DNA of 64,000 nucleotides, taken from Thermomicrobiales bacterium (lineage in GTDB: Bacteria; Chloroflexota; Chloroflexia; Thermomicrobiales; CFX8). A model generated the notes under the pieces. That model searched no databases. It worked only from the letters and a program-made list of their open reading frames with translations, and had not been told where the DNA came from. Location of the stretch: assembly GCA_039810005.1 (NCBI GenBank), contig JBDHWD010000004.1:785-64784 (forward strand). Reading direction: 5' to 3'. Below, one piece after another: positions 36,911-47,081 of the stretch; the first letter of the stretch is position 1; each line of letters starts with the position of its first letter. The position numbers and the translations under genes are program-made.

Positions 36911-37684
36911 AGCGTTCACCTCTGCCAGCGCCTGATTCACACCCTCAGCCGAGGCACTATCGAGGATGAAGATGACGCGGCCATCGGTTGGCTGGACATA
37001 CCAGGATGGCGGACGGTCGGTGACAGTCGGCGAGAAGATGCGATAGAGCGCATCGACCTTCTCCGCACCAGTCGCCAGGAAGACGGTCAGACGCGCGGCG
37101 TTCAGCACCGGATAGGTAAGCGTTATGCGCCAGGTGTCCTGTTGCGGGACGAAGTTGGCGACGACCCAGCGTTCGCGCTCGCCCAGCGCCTCCGTGCCGG
37201 GGAAGAGCGACGCGGTGTGGCCATCTGAGCCGATCCCGAGGACGCTGACATCAAGCGCCGGAAACTCACCGGCCGGCAAATCGCCGAAGACCTGGCGCAG
37301 CTCGGATTCGTATTCGTCCGCCGCTTTGCTCGGGTCGATCTCGCCGCGCATACGATGGATATGGGAGTCATCGACCTCGACACGCGACAGGAGCGATTCC
37401 TCGGCCATGCGGTAGTTGCTCTGGTCGTCGTCGGGCGGGACAGTACGTTCGTCGCCCCAGAAGACCTGCACGCGCGACCAGTCGATGCCGGGCAGCGCGG
37501 CCAGATGCTCGTGCATGCCGCGCGGCGTCGAGCCGCCGGAGAGGGCAATGCTGTACATCTCGCCGGTCGCTGTCGGTCGCAACGCCTCGGCGATGATGTG
37601 CGCGGCGGCCTCCTGCGCGGCCTCGACGGTCTCGAAGACCTGCACTTCCGGCGCTCGCGCGGCCGGCTCAACTTGCTGCTTCAT
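36899..37684 (-). CDS. pgl: 6-phosphogluconolactonase
   Basis: ALSGGSTP, FWGDERTVP, SNY, LGIGSDGHTASLFP, RITLT. Confidence 0.96.
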   Translation of the reverse strand: MKQQVEPAARAPEVQVFETVEAAQEAAAHIIAEALRPTATGEMYSIALSGGSTPRGMHEHLAALPGIDWSRVQVFWGDERTVPPDDDQSNYRMAEESLLSRVEVDDSHIHRMRGEIDPSKAADEYESELRQVFGDLPAGEFPALDVSVLGIGSDGHTASLFPGTEALGERERWVVANFVPQQDTWRITLTYPVLNAARLTVFLATGAEKVDALYRIFSPTVTDRPPSWYVQPTDGRVIFILDSASAEGVNQALAEVNASAE

Positions 37685-38819
37685 GCGATCTCCCTAGCTC
37701 GGCAACGACCGTCACGACGAACGCGAGCGCATCGTGGTACTGCTCGTCGTGCGAACGCACCAGCAACTCCTGACCAATCAGGTCGCTGAGGCGCGGGGCA
37801 GGCAGACGGTCAACTCGATCCTGCCGTGGGACGCCCGGCCACTCGACCGACGTCACGAGGATGTTCTCGGCGCGCACGCGCACGCTGATGCGGGCGTTGC
37901 GCTCCTTCTCACGCGCGAGTATCCGGATCGACCGCAGGCCGACACCGGTGCTCGACTGCCGCAATAGATGGACATCAATCGGGCCGCCCGAGGCGTTGCG
38001 CGCGCGGATATGCAGTGTGGATCCTTCGCGCTGGGCGCTGTCGAGCGACCACTTCAGTCGTGATGCGAGCCAGCCAAGCAGCAGCAATGCCTGCGCTTCA
38101 GCCGTCGAATCAAAGCCGATCTCGATCGCCTCAATGGCTGGCAGGAGCTCAATCGTCTCGGGATGATCGAAGGCCTGCGCGATCGCCTCGCGCCAGCGAA
38201 CGATCCGTGCCCAGGCGAGGTCGGTGCCGGAGCAAAGCGAATCGTTGTGCCGCAGGAAGCTATCGAACGATGCGAACGTGTCCAGCGCCGAGTCAAAGCG
38301 CGATGAGTCGATGATGACGCGATCGGCGGTCGCAGCCAGGCGCTTGAACTCATCCGCTTCGAAATCAATCTGTCCGACCCACCACATCGCGGACGGGATG
38401 CCGGACAGCTCGAGCTGCGCCAGCAGGCTGGGGACGGCCTTAATGCGATCCGGCGGCGTGTGCAGTTCGATCACTTCGTAGCACGGTGTGCGCGGTCCAC
38501 TGTGCAAGCGGCAGTGTCCGGCCACGCTGGCATCGAAGGCGGAATCCTCCGGGCTCACCTCGACGACGATCACCCGTGAGGGCAGCTGCTCGACGAGCTC
38601 GTGCAGCGTCTCGTGCGCCACGCGGATCTGCGATTCGCCTCTGGCAATGATAATGAGCGTCAGAATGCTCGTCCGAATCGGGATTTCGCCGGTCTGCTGC
38701 TCGACTTCAGTCGAGATATCTGCCCAGACCCGCGACAGCTCGTTGACGATCTGGTCGATCGTGACGACGCGCTGCCCGTCGGCGCTGATGCTGATGCGGT
38801 GCGTTTGTGGAGCGCTCAT
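37668..38819 (-). CDS. opcA: Glucose-6-phosphate dehydrogenase assembly/activator protein OpcA
   Basis: Lies between zwf and pgl; PSRVI, PSAMWW, DRVIIDS, DLAWARIVRWREAIAQAFD, LLLGWLASRLKW. Confidence 0.9.
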   Translation of the reverse strand: MSAPQTHRISISADGQRVVTIDQIVNELSRVWADISTEVEQQTGEIPIRTSILTLIIIARGESQIRVAHETLHELVEQLPSRVIVVEVSPEDSAFDASVAGHCRLHSGPRTPCYEVIELHTPPDRIKAVPSLLAQLELSGIPSAMWWVGQIDFEADEFKRLAATADRVIIDSSRFDSALDTFASFDSFLRHNDSLCSGTDLAWARIVRWREAIAQAFDHPETIELLPAIEAIEIGFDSTAEAQALLLLGWLASRLKWSLDSAQREGSTLHIRARNASGGPIDVHLLRQSSTGVGLRSIRILAREKERNARISVRVRAENILVTSVEWPGVPRQDRVDRLPAPRLSDLIGQELLVRSHDEQYHDALAFVVTVVAELGRSHEAAS

Positions 38820-38823
38820 CGCA

Positions 38824-40395
38824 CTACGGCTCCCGCCATGTACGACCGTCCTTCTTCAGGAGCCGGTCTGCATCTTCAGGTCCCCACGTCCCTGCCTCGT
38901 AGGTGGGGATTTCATCGACGGTCTGACGCTCCCAGCCGGCGCGAATCTGGGTCATGATGTTCCAGGCCGCTGCCACCTCATCGCGGCGCGTGAAAAGCGT
39001 GCTATCGCCGAGCATGGCGTCCAGCAGCAGTCGCTCGTACGCATCCGGCGACTGGACATTGAACGCGGTCCCGTACTCAAAGCCCATATGCACCGAGCGC
39101 AGGTTCATCATCGGCCCAGGAACCTTGACACCGAACGTCAGGGCAATCCCTTCGTTGGGCTGAATGCCGAGGGCCAGCACGTTCGGGTCGAGCTCGTCGG
39201 CCACATCGGCGTTGAACAGCAGATGCGGCGCGCGCTTGAACTGGATCGCGATCTCGCTCACTCGCCGGGGCATGCGCTTGCCGGTGCGCAGATAGAACGG
39301 CACACCCGCCCAGCGCCAGTTGTCGATGAAGAGCTTGAGCGCGACGAAGGTCTCGGTCAGCGAGTGCGGATCGACCTTCTCCTCTTCGCGGTAGCCGGGC
39401 ACCGCCTCGCCGTCAGAGTATCCAGCGGTGTACTGCCCACGGACGGTGAACTCTTCAACATGGCGCGGGTCGATCGGTCGGACGGCATGGAGCACCTTGA
39501 CCTTCTCGTCGCGCACCGGATCGGCAGTGAGTGCGACCGGTGGCTCCATCGCGACCATCGTCAGCAGCTGCATCAGATGGTTCTGCATCATGTCGCGCAG
39601 CGCGCCAGTCTCTTCGTAATACCCGCCGCGCGTCTCGATGCCGATGGATTCGGCGACGGTGATCTGGACGTGGTCGACGTACTGACGGTTCCAGATCGGT
39701 TCCCAGACCCCGTTGGCGAAGCGGAAGGCGATGATGTTCTGAACCGTCTCTTTGCCGAGATAGTGGTCGATACGGAAGACATCACGCTCGTCGAAGACGT
39801 TGTTGACGACCTTGTTGAGATGGTCGGCTGAGTCGAGATCGTGCCCGAATGGCTTCTCGACGATGATCCGCTGCCACGAATTGTCCGGGCCATGGTTCAG
39901 ATCGTGCTGGCCGATCTGCTCGATGATGTCGTCATAAAAGTCCGGCGGCGTCGCGAGATAGTACATCCGGTTACCGAGCGTGCCGCGCTGGCCATCAAGC
40001 GTCGTCAGGCGATCCGAGAGGCCGTTGTAGTCATCGGAGTTGGTGAAGTCGCCCTTGACGTAAAAGACCCCCTGGCTGAACGAATCCCAGACGGCGTCAT
40101 CGACTGGCGTGCGTCGCGAGAACTCGTTGACGGCATCGCGCATCTTGGAGCGGAACGACTCATCCGTCTCGTCGTGGCGCGCGAAGCCGACGACGGTGAA
40201 GCCGATCGGCAGGAGCCGCTCAAGTGCGAGGTTGTAGAGCGCCGGAATCAGCTTGCGGCGCGTCAGGTCGCCCGACGCGCCGAAGATCACCATGATCGCC
40301 GGCGCGGGCGTGCGTTCTATCAGCAGCCCTTCGCGGAGCGGGTTGCTCCGCAGTTCGGCCTGCGGGGGAGAGATTGTCTGCGACAGGTTGGACAT
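38824..40395 (-). CDS. zwf: Glucose-6-phosphate 1-dehydrogenase
   Basis: FGASGDLTRRKL, EKPFG, RIDHYLGKE, RDMMQNHL, RWAGVPFYLRTGK, AYERLL. Confidence 0.98.
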   Translation of the reverse strand: MSNLSQTISPPQAELRSNPLREGLLIERTPAPAIMVIFGASGDLTRRKLIPALYNLALERLLPIGFTVVGFARHDETDESFRSKMRDAVNEFSRRTPVDDAVWDSFSQGVFYVKGDFTNSDDYNGLSDRLTTLDGQRGTLGNRMYYLATPPDFYDDIIEQIGQHDLNHGPDNSWQRIIVEKPFGHDLDSADHLNKVVNNVFDERDVFRIDHYLGKETVQNIIAFRFANGVWEPIWNRQYVDHVQITVAESIGIETRGGYYEETGALRDMMQNHLMQLLTMVAMEPPVALTADPVRDEKVKVLHAVRPIDPRHVEEFTVRGQYTAGYSDGEAVPGYREEEKVDPHSLTETFVALKLFIDNWRWAGVPFYLRTGKRMPRRVSEIAIQFKRAPHLLFNADVADELDPNVLALGIQPNEGIALTFGVKVPGPMMNLRSVHMGFEYGTAFNVQSPDAYERLLLDAMLGDSTLFTRRDEVAAAWNIMTQIRAGWERQTVDEIPTYEAGTWGPEDADRLLKKDGRTWREP

Positions 40396-40440
40396 CGATC
40401 GTCCTCACAAAGTCCGTGTGTCCGGAAAGATGGCTGAGGA

Positions 40441-41361
40441 TCAGTCGCTCGTCGGGAGCGGGTCCGATTCCTCAACGACGGCGTGTCCGCCAAATTGATG
40501 CCGCAGCGCGGCAATGACCTTGTTGGCGAACAGGTCTTCCTGCCGGGAAGCAAAGCGCGTCGCCAATGCGAGATAGATCGTTGGCGCTGGCACGTCGATA
40601 TCGATCGACTCGAAGACGGTCCAGCGGCCTTCGCCGGAATCGTTGACGTATCCGCGGATCGATTCGAGGTGCGGGTCCTCAGCGAAGGCGCGCTCGGCAA
40701 GCTCCAGCAGCCAGGAGCGGATAACCGACCCGTGATTCCAGAGCCCGGCGATGGCGCGCAGATCGAGGTCGTAGCGCGAGCGTTCGAGGATCTCGAAGCC
40801 TTCGGCATAGGCCTGCAGCATCGCGTACTCGATGCCGTTGTGAATCATCTTGACGTAGTGACCGGAGCCGCTTGGGCCGACGTGGAGGTAGCCGTTCTTC
40901 GGCGCGAGCGTCTTGACGGCGGGCTCGATGATTGCGAAGCCTTCGGGTGAGCCGCCGACCATCAGGCAGTAACCGACCTGCAGACCCCAGACGCCGCCGC
41001 TGGTGCCGGCATCCATGTAGTGGATGCCGTGGGCCGTCACGCGCTCGTGCCGGGCGATCGAATCGGTGAAGCGCGAGTTACCGCCATCAATGAGGACATC
41101 GCCCTCGCTCATCAGTGGGACAAGCTGGTCAATGTAGTCGTCGACCGGCTGCCCGGCCGGGACCATCAGCCAGACGGCACGCGGGCTGGGGAGCTTGCTG
41201 AGCATCTCCTCCAGCGTGTACGCCGGATCGGCACCTTCGCTGGCCAGCTCGTCGATTGGCTCGCGGCTACGGTTGTGAACGACGACGTGATGCTCATCGC
41301 GCAACAGCCGCCGTGCCATGTTGCCGCCCATGCGGCCCAGACCGATGATGGCGATATCCAC
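40441..41361 (-). CDS. gnd: 6-phosphogluconate dehydrogenase, decarboxylating (short form)
   Basis: GLGRMG, WLMVPAG, IDGGNS, DAGTSGG, GHYVKMIHNGIEY, DSGEGRW, FGGH. Confidence 0.97.
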   Translation of the reverse strand: MDIAIIGLGRMGGNMARRLLRDEHHVVVHNRSREPIDELASEGADPAYTLEEMLSKLPSPRAVWLMVPAGQPVDDYIDQLVPLMSEGDVLIDGGNSRFTDSIARHERVTAHGIHYMDAGTSGGVWGLQVGYCLMVGGSPEGFAIIEPAVKTLAPKNGYLHVGPSGSGHYVKMIHNGIEYAMLQAYAEGFEILERSRYDLDLRAIAGLWNHGSVIRSWLLELAERAFAEDPHLESIRGYVNDSGEGRWTVFESIDIDVPAPTIYLALATRFASRQEDLFANKVIAALRHQFGGHAVVEESDPLPTSD

Positions 41362-41405
41362 GCTACCTCCTCGTACGAATGTCTTCAGTCATCAGGGACC
41401 CGTAT

Positions 41406-44168
41406 CTAGTCGTCGGCCGCAGACGTCTGCTTCTGCGCGCCTTGCAGGACCTCGGCGATGCCAGTCGTTGCGTCCGAGCCGAGCTTGACAACGGCGAGCG
41501 GCAGATTGTGCCTGGCAAGCGTCGCGGCATCACCGGCTGATTGCGCGGCGAACAGCTCGGCAAAGGAGAAGCGCGCGTCCGGAATCGGCAGATCGTTGGT
41601 TGGTTGCTGCACCAGCAGCAGGAACGAGCCGTTGGGCGGTCCACCCTTGTGTAGCTGGCCGGTCGAGTGGAGATAGCGCGGACCGACGCCAACTGTTACG
41701 GCACGGCCGGTTTGTCGCCAGATCTCGGTGCGCAGCGTGTGCAGCGCGGTGCGCACATCCTCGGTCGGATCGACGTAGGCGAGGATGGCGATGTAGCCAC
41801 CTGCGCTCGATGCGTCGATGACCGCACGAACGGCGTCGGCTGCGTCGGTCGGCGGCTGGCTGTCGGTCGATTCGCCGTTGAGGACGGCATTCGTCGCGTC
41901 CTTCGCCTCCTGGACGTTCGGCTCGTCGAACGGGTTGATGCCGAGCACGCGGCCAGCGATGGCGGTCGCGATCTCCCAGCGGACAAACTCGCGGCCGAGG
42001 TCGGCCGGGATATCGACGCCGATCGAGATGACCGGCTGGCCTGCGTCGCGCAGTGCCTTCGCCAGCCTGGCAGCCTTGCCGTCTTCGCCGGCATCAAAGT
42101 GGACAAACAGGCGGTCATCGCCGTAGTGATCGGCATCATCGAGCGACTCGGCGATCACCGGCAGAATGCCGGTGCCGTGCTTGCCGGTGCTCTCAGCAAT
42201 CAACTGTTCAAGCCAGTCGGCGAATGGTGCCCAGCTCTCGTCAGCGATGATGGTCAGCTTGTCCCGTCCGGCCTGCTGCGCCGCGCCCAGCGTTGCGCCG
42301 AGCCAGACGCCCGGATGTTGCTCATCGTTGATCGGCAGCATCGTCATGGCGTGGTCGAGCACGTCGAGGACGTCCATGCCGAGCGTCGCCAGCGGCACCA
42401 GTCCAAAGTAGGAGAGGGCCGAGTAGCGCCCGCCGATGTCCGTTGGGTTGGCGAAGACGCGCCAGAAGCCGCGATCCTTTGCTTCCTTCTCCAGCGGCGT
42501 GCCCGGATCGGTGATGGCGATGAAGCGCGAGGCGTCGCCGCCAATGCGGTCGAAGAAGAAGCGATAGAGCGACATCGTCTCGACGGTCGTGCCGGACTTG
42601 GTGGAGACTATGAAGAGCGCATCGTCGCTAACTTCATCAGCGACGCGCGCGATCGGGTCCGGGTTCGTCGTGTCCAGTACGATCAGTTCCGGGAAGCCCG
42701 AGCCGACTCCGAACATGCGCGAGAAGACATCAGGCGCAAGCGACGAGCCACCCATGCCCAGCAGCACGGCGTAGCGGAAGCCGCGCTCGCGGACCTCGGC
42801 GGCGAAGTCAGTGAACTGGCCGGTGCGTGCCTCGGCGCGCATGGCCTGCACGACCGGAAGCCAGCCCAGGCGCGTCGATACCGACGCGCGCACCTTCTCA
42901 TCGTCACCCCAGAGCGTGGCGTCGCCCTTCTGCAAGCGACTGGCAACGTCCTGGTCGGCGAGTGCACTGATTATCTTGTCCACCGCGCCGGCCAGAGAGC
43001 CGATGGATTCCTGCCGCGCGCGCTCGATATCGGCGACGAACGCATTGCGCTTCTCATCGAGGTGGTGCAGCAGGTCTTCGAAGGACTTGCTGAATGATGC
43101 GACACCTTCGCGCACGAGCGTCTCGGTGATGTCGTCGTAGGAGACGCCCAGCGCCTCGAAGCGTCGGAAGATTTCGCGCGCGCCATCCACGTCTCGATCA
43201 ACTGTGCGGGCCACGTGGCCGTGGTCCCCGAAGGCCTCGATTGAGGCCGGGGCCAGCGTCTGGACGGTGTGCGGGCCGATCAGCTCATCAACGTAGAGCG
43301 TGTCCGGGTAGTTCGGGTTCTTGGTGCTGGTGCTGGCCCACAGTGGACGCTGCAGTCGCGCGCCCGCTTCCTGCAGCTTCTTGAAACGCTCGGAGTTGAA
43401 GATCTCCTGGAATGCTGCGTAGGCCAGGCGCGCGTTGGCGACTGCCAGTGTGCCGAGCAGCGACTTGGCCTCTTCGGCGCGCTCGCTTCCCGGCTCGGCG
43501 TCGATGATCGCCTGCAGGCGCTTGTCGGCCTCGGTATCGACGCGGCTGACGAAGAACGACGCGACCGAGTGGATGTCACTAATCGGCTTACCTTCGTCAA
43601 ACCGGCGCTCCAGCGCTCGCAGATACGCATCGGCAACGTTACGGTAGGCGTCCAGCGAGAAGAGCAGGGTGATATTGATGTTGATGCCCTCGTAGAGCAT
43701 CTGCTCGATCGCTGGCGTCCCCTCGGTCGTGCCGGGGATCTTGATCATCACGTTCGGCCGGTCGAGCGCTGCGTAGAGACGGCGCGCATCAGCGACGGTC
43801 GCAGACGTGTCATGCGCCAGCGACGGCGAGACTTCGAGCGAGACGAAACCGTCGGCGCTCTTGTCGTCGTGCTGGTCGTAGACAGGACGCAGGACGTCGG
43901 CGGCCGACTGGATATCCTGGATGACGATGGCGTCGTAGATCTCGCTGGTCGAGCGACCGCTGGCCGCGAGCCTGCGGATCTGATCGTCATACAAATCGGA
44001 GCCACTGATCGCCTTGTCGAAGATGGTCGGGTTCGAGGTAATGCCAACGACGCCGCAGTTATCAATCAGGTTCTGCAGGCCGCCGTTCTCAACCAGGTCG
44101 CGGCTGAGGTTGTCATACCAGACGCTTTGCCCGTAGTCTGTCAGCTGCTGTAGCGGGTTCTTTGCCAT
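41406..44168 (-). CDS. tal-pgi: Bifunctional transaldolase / glucose-6-phosphate isomerase
   Basis: Tal half: GQSVWYD, GITSNPTIF, NVMIKIPGT, ASFFVSRVD, RPLWASTS. Pgi half: LGMGGSSL, KSGTTVET, GGRYS, EQLIAESTGK, NPFDEPNV, HSTGQLHKGG. Confidence 0.95.
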   Translation of the reverse strand: MAKNPLQQLTDYGQSVWYDNLSRDLVENGGLQNLIDNCGVVGITSNPTIFDKAISGSDLYDDQIRRLAASGRSTSEIYDAIVIQDIQSAADVLRPVYDQHDDKSADGFVSLEVSPSLAHDTSATVADARRLYAALDRPNVMIKIPGTTEGTPAIEQMLYEGININITLLFSLDAYRNVADAYLRALERRFDEGKPISDIHSVASFFVSRVDTEADKRLQAIIDAEPGSERAEEAKSLLGTLAVANARLAYAAFQEIFNSERFKKLQEAGARLQRPLWASTSTKNPNYPDTLYVDELIGPHTVQTLAPASIEAFGDHGHVARTVDRDVDGAREIFRRFEALGVSYDDITETLVREGVASFSKSFEDLLHHLDEKRNAFVADIERARQESIGSLAGAVDKIISALADQDVASRLQKGDATLWGDDEKVRASVSTRLGWLPVVQAMRAEARTGQFTDFAAEVRERGFRYAVLLGMGGSSLAPDVFSRMFGVGSGFPELIVLDTTNPDPIARVADEVSDDALFIVSTKSGTTVETMSLYRFFFDRIGGDASRFIAITDPGTPLEKEAKDRGFWRVFANPTDIGGRYSALSYFGLVPLATLGMDVLDVLDHAMTMLPINDEQHPGVWLGATLGAAQQAGRDKLTIIADESWAPFADWLEQLIAESTGKHGTGILPVIAESLDDADHYGDDRLFVHFDAGEDGKAARLAKALRDAGQPVISIGVDIPADLGREFVRWEIATAIAGRVLGINPFDEPNVQEAKDATNAVLNGESTDSQPPTDAADAVRAVIDASSAGGYIAILAYVDPTEDVRTALHTLRTEIWRQTGRAVTVGVGPRYLHSTGQLHKGGPPNGSFLLLVQQPTNDLPIPDARFSFAELFAAQSAGDAATLARHNLPLAVVKLGSDATTGIAEVLQGAQKQTSAADD

Positions 44169-44287
44169 GCGGTGCCCTTCTCTCCCTTGAATCGATCTCA
44201 TTGCGTATCGTGGAGACCGGCCATCATGGCGCGGTCGAAATTCGCCTCCCGATCGTCTCTACAGACGAACTCGCTAGCACACCTTTG

Positions 44288-45775
44288 TCATCGCGCATCG
44301 CGTGCCATCGGCGGCGTTGTCGCGCCGAATCCTTCGCGCTCGTAGAGACGCTGCTGGCGAACGCGAAGCTCGCGATGCGCGTTGTGGGCGGATTGACGCG
44401 GCTCTACCAACGTGCTGCCTGCCGGCGGTTGATTGTCTGTCAATGCTTCTCCGCTCACATCATCCCAGGCCAGCAGCGCCGTGCCACGCAGCGACGATTC
44501 CTCAGTCGGCGCGACGACGAGCGGGACGCCAAGGCAGTCAGCAATGATCTGTTGCCAGGCCGACGAGCCGAGAAGCGCTCCACCAGTCGCGACAACGGTT
44601 TCGTCTCCGATTAATAGCGCATCGTAGACGGTCGCCAGGCGATATGCGACTGCTTCGAGACTGGCCTGCACGATATCTAGCGCGGATGTGCTCATTCGCA
44701 TTCCGTGGATGGCTGCGGTTGCGTCTCCGTTCCAGCCGATCGAGCGTTCCCCGGCCCAGAATGGCAGGACGGTCAGTTCGTGCTCGCCGGGCGCACGCTT
44801 CATCAGCGTCGCCTCGATTTCCGCGTGCGATGGAAGCCGCAGCGTTGCGCTGAGCCAGGCAAAGACGTTACCGCCCTCGCTCAGTGCCCCGCCCGTCAGG
44901 CTGTGGACAGGGTCGAGCGAGTAACGCCAGAGGCCGCTCGGCACCGGTGCATTCGGCTCACCAGGCTCACAGCGGCGCATGGCAGCGGAAGTCCCCAGCG
45001 TCAGCGCGAGTCGATCCGCACGGACGCAGCCGACGCCGACATTGGACGCGGCACCATCGCCGATTGGCGCACGCCACGGAACGCCGCGGAGCGCCGGCCA
45101 GCGGGCCGCGTAGCACGAGCGAATCGGCGGCAAGAGCTCGGGAGCGGCGGTGATGTCGCCGAGCATCTCGGGAGCGATGTCGAGATAGTTCAGGAGCTCC
45201 GCGTCCCAGGACATCGATTGCCGGTTGAACAGCCCGGAGCCGGAAGCGATCGAAACGGACGCGTCATCTGCGCCCAACCAGACACTCGTCAACGCCTGAG
45301 CGCAGGAGACGAGACGATGGGAATTGCGCAGCACGTCCGGCTGGTGACGCCGGAGCCAGAGGATCTTGGCCGGCAGGTAGGACGGATGCAGCGGGCAGCC
45401 CGTGCGCTGTCGGATCGCCTCAGCATCGAGATCGCTGCGGAGCAGTTCGGCTTCCGGAGCGGAGCGGGTATCGGCCCAGGTCAGGACGTCCGTCAGCGGC
45501 TGCCCGGCAGCGTCGAGCGCAACGAGCGAGTGCCAGAAGGTACAGACGCCGACGGCGTCAATACCCCGCTGAGCCTCAGGCGTCTGCAGCACAGCGTCGA
45601 TGACCTGTTCGGCCAGCGCACGGAGACGGTCGAGATCGACAACTGAGCTACCGGCGCGGTCAGTTTCCAGCGACAGGTCAGCGCGCTGGAGCGTGCCCGG
45701 TGCGATGACGCCACGGCGATCGATCAGCGCGGCCCGCACCGACGATGAGCCGATGTCAAGCGCCAGCACATACAT
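44288..45775 (-). CDS. gntK: Gluconokinase (FGGY family)
   Basis: ALDIGSSSVRA, FWHSL, TWADTRS, TGCPLH, DGAASNVG, TLGTSAAMR, PFWAGERS, TGGAL; lies next to gnd/zwf. Confidence 0.85.
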   Translation of the reverse strand: MYVLALDIGSSSVRAALIDRRGVIAPGTLQRADLSLETDRAGSSVVDLDRLRALAEQVIDAVLQTPEAQRGIDAVGVCTFWHSLVALDAAGQPLTDVLTWADTRSAPEAELLRSDLDAEAIRQRTGCPLHPSYLPAKILWLRRHQPDVLRNSHRLVSCAQALTSVWLGADDASVSIASGSGLFNRQSMSWDAELLNYLDIAPEMLGDITAAPELLPPIRSCYAARWPALRGVPWRAPIGDGAASNVGVGCVRADRLALTLGTSAAMRRCEPGEPNAPVPSGLWRYSLDPVHSLTGGALSEGGNVFAWLSATLRLPSHAEIEATLMKRAPGEHELTVLPFWAGERSIGWNGDATAAIHGMRMSTSALDIVQASLEAVAYRLATVYDALLIGDETVVATGGALLGSSAWQQIIADCLGVPLVVAPTEESSLRGTALLAWDDVSGEALTDNQPPAGSTLVEPRQSAHNAHRELRVRQQRLYEREGFGATTPPMARDAR

Positions 45776-46224
45776 CAGGACCGCTGACCGGCAGTTGCGC
45801 ACTCGCGGCAGTAACCGAAGATCGCCAGGTGGTCGATGCGCGGCTCGAAGCCGGTGCGCTGTCGCAGCGTCTGCCGCAGCCCGTCGAACAATGTGTCGTC
45901 GATCTCCTCGACAACCTGACAGGACAGGCAGATGAGATGGTGATGCAGGTCGTCGGAGAGCAGCGCGAAATGGCGGCGGCCGTTGCCCAGGTCCGTCTCT
46001 GTGACGATGCCCTGATCGCGAAAGAACTCGAGCGTCCGATAGACCGTGGACATGTTGATGTACGGGAAGCGGCGCTCGGCAGCGCTAAAGATCTCGTCTG
46101 CCGTCATGTGATCGCCGTGCGAATAGAGCAGCTCCAGAATGAGCAGGCGCTGTGGCGTCAGACGGTGGCCTTGCTGACGAAGACGAGTCTGCAAGCCGAG
46201 GAGCGCGTCCGATTTCTGAGGCAT
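45775..46224 (-). CDS. Fur family transcriptional regulator
   Basis: RLTPQRLLIL, HMTADEI, STVYRTL, HHHLICLSC, GYCREC; TGATG coupling to the kinase gene. Confidence 0.95.
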   Translation of the reverse strand: MPQKSDALLGLQTRLRQQGHRLTPQRLLILELLYSHGDHMTADEIFSAAERRFPYINMSTVYRTLEFFRDQGIVTETDLGNGRRHFALLSDDLHHHLICLSCQVVEEIDDTLFDGLRQTLRQRTGFEPRIDHLAIFGYCRECATAGQRS

Positions 46225-46364
46225 TCCTCACCACCTTCCGCGGTGCGTGGCGCGTCCACGCGGGTTCGCTGCTTCCGATTCTACCCCTGCCGTCAGTGGC
46301 ACCGACCGCCCTCGGACAGGCATCATCATTGATGGGGGAGGGTATGAGATCAGGAGAGCAGACG

Positions 46365-47081
46365 ATGGACGACGCGAATGGGCGAGAGCAAGCGCTGGTC
46401 CTTGTCGTCGAAGATGACCCGGATATTCAAACACTGATTGCCCGCCACCTGAGCGAGGCCGGCTTCAGCGTCATCACCGCAATGACCGCCGCCGAGGGAT
46501 TCCTGCTCTGGTCAGAGCGCCTGCCCGACTTACTGGTCGTTGACCTGATGCTGCCAGACGGCTCGGGGCGCGGGCTCGTCAGCCAGATCCGCGCAGCCGG
46601 AGACGTGCCGGTTGTCGTCGTGACGGCTGATACAAATGAGGAATCACTCGTTGCAACGCTCGATGCCGGCGCAGACGATTATCTGACCAAGCCGTTTCGG
46701 GTCAACGAACTTCTCGCGCGTGTGCGGTCGGTGATGCGACGACGCCCGCGTGAGCGCGAGCCGGACACCATCCAGGCCGGCTCGCTGACAGTCTCGGTCG
46801 TTGACCGGCGCGTCTGGCGCTCCGGCGAGGAAGTGCGGGTGACGCCGACCGAGTTCAGGTTGCTGCTGCAGCTCGCGCGGCACCCGAACCGCGTGTTCAC
46901 CCACGGGGCGCTGCTCACCGCCGTCTGGGGGCCGGAGTATGCCGATGAGCCGCATATCCTGCGGGTGACGCTCAATCGACTTCGCAACAAGCTCGGCGAG
47001 CCGCAGGTAATCGAGAACCGCCCGGCAGTTGGCTACGTGCTCGTGCCTGACTCCGGCGACGGCCAGACCCCGGTTTCGTAG
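46365..47081 (+). CDS. OmpR/KdpE-like DNA-binding response regulator (orphan)
   Basis: [48 protein letters not shown]; AGGAG SD. Confidence 0.93.
   Translation: MDDANGREQALVLVVEDDPDIQTLIARHLSEAGFSVITAMTAAEGFLLWSERLPDLLVVDLMLPDGSGRGLVSQIRAAGDVPVVVVTADTNEESLVATLDAGADDYLTKPFRVNELLARVRSVMRRRPREREPDTIQAGSLTVSVVDRRVWRSGEEVRVTPTEFRLLLQLARHPNRVFTHGALLTAVWGPEYADEPHILRVTLNRLRNKLGEPQVIENRPAVGYVLVPDSGDGQTPVS

Noticed and set aside
41406-44168. Tal-Pgi fusion as a novelty
   Set aside because: Bifunctional transaldolase/phosphoglucose isomerase is already described in several bacteria.
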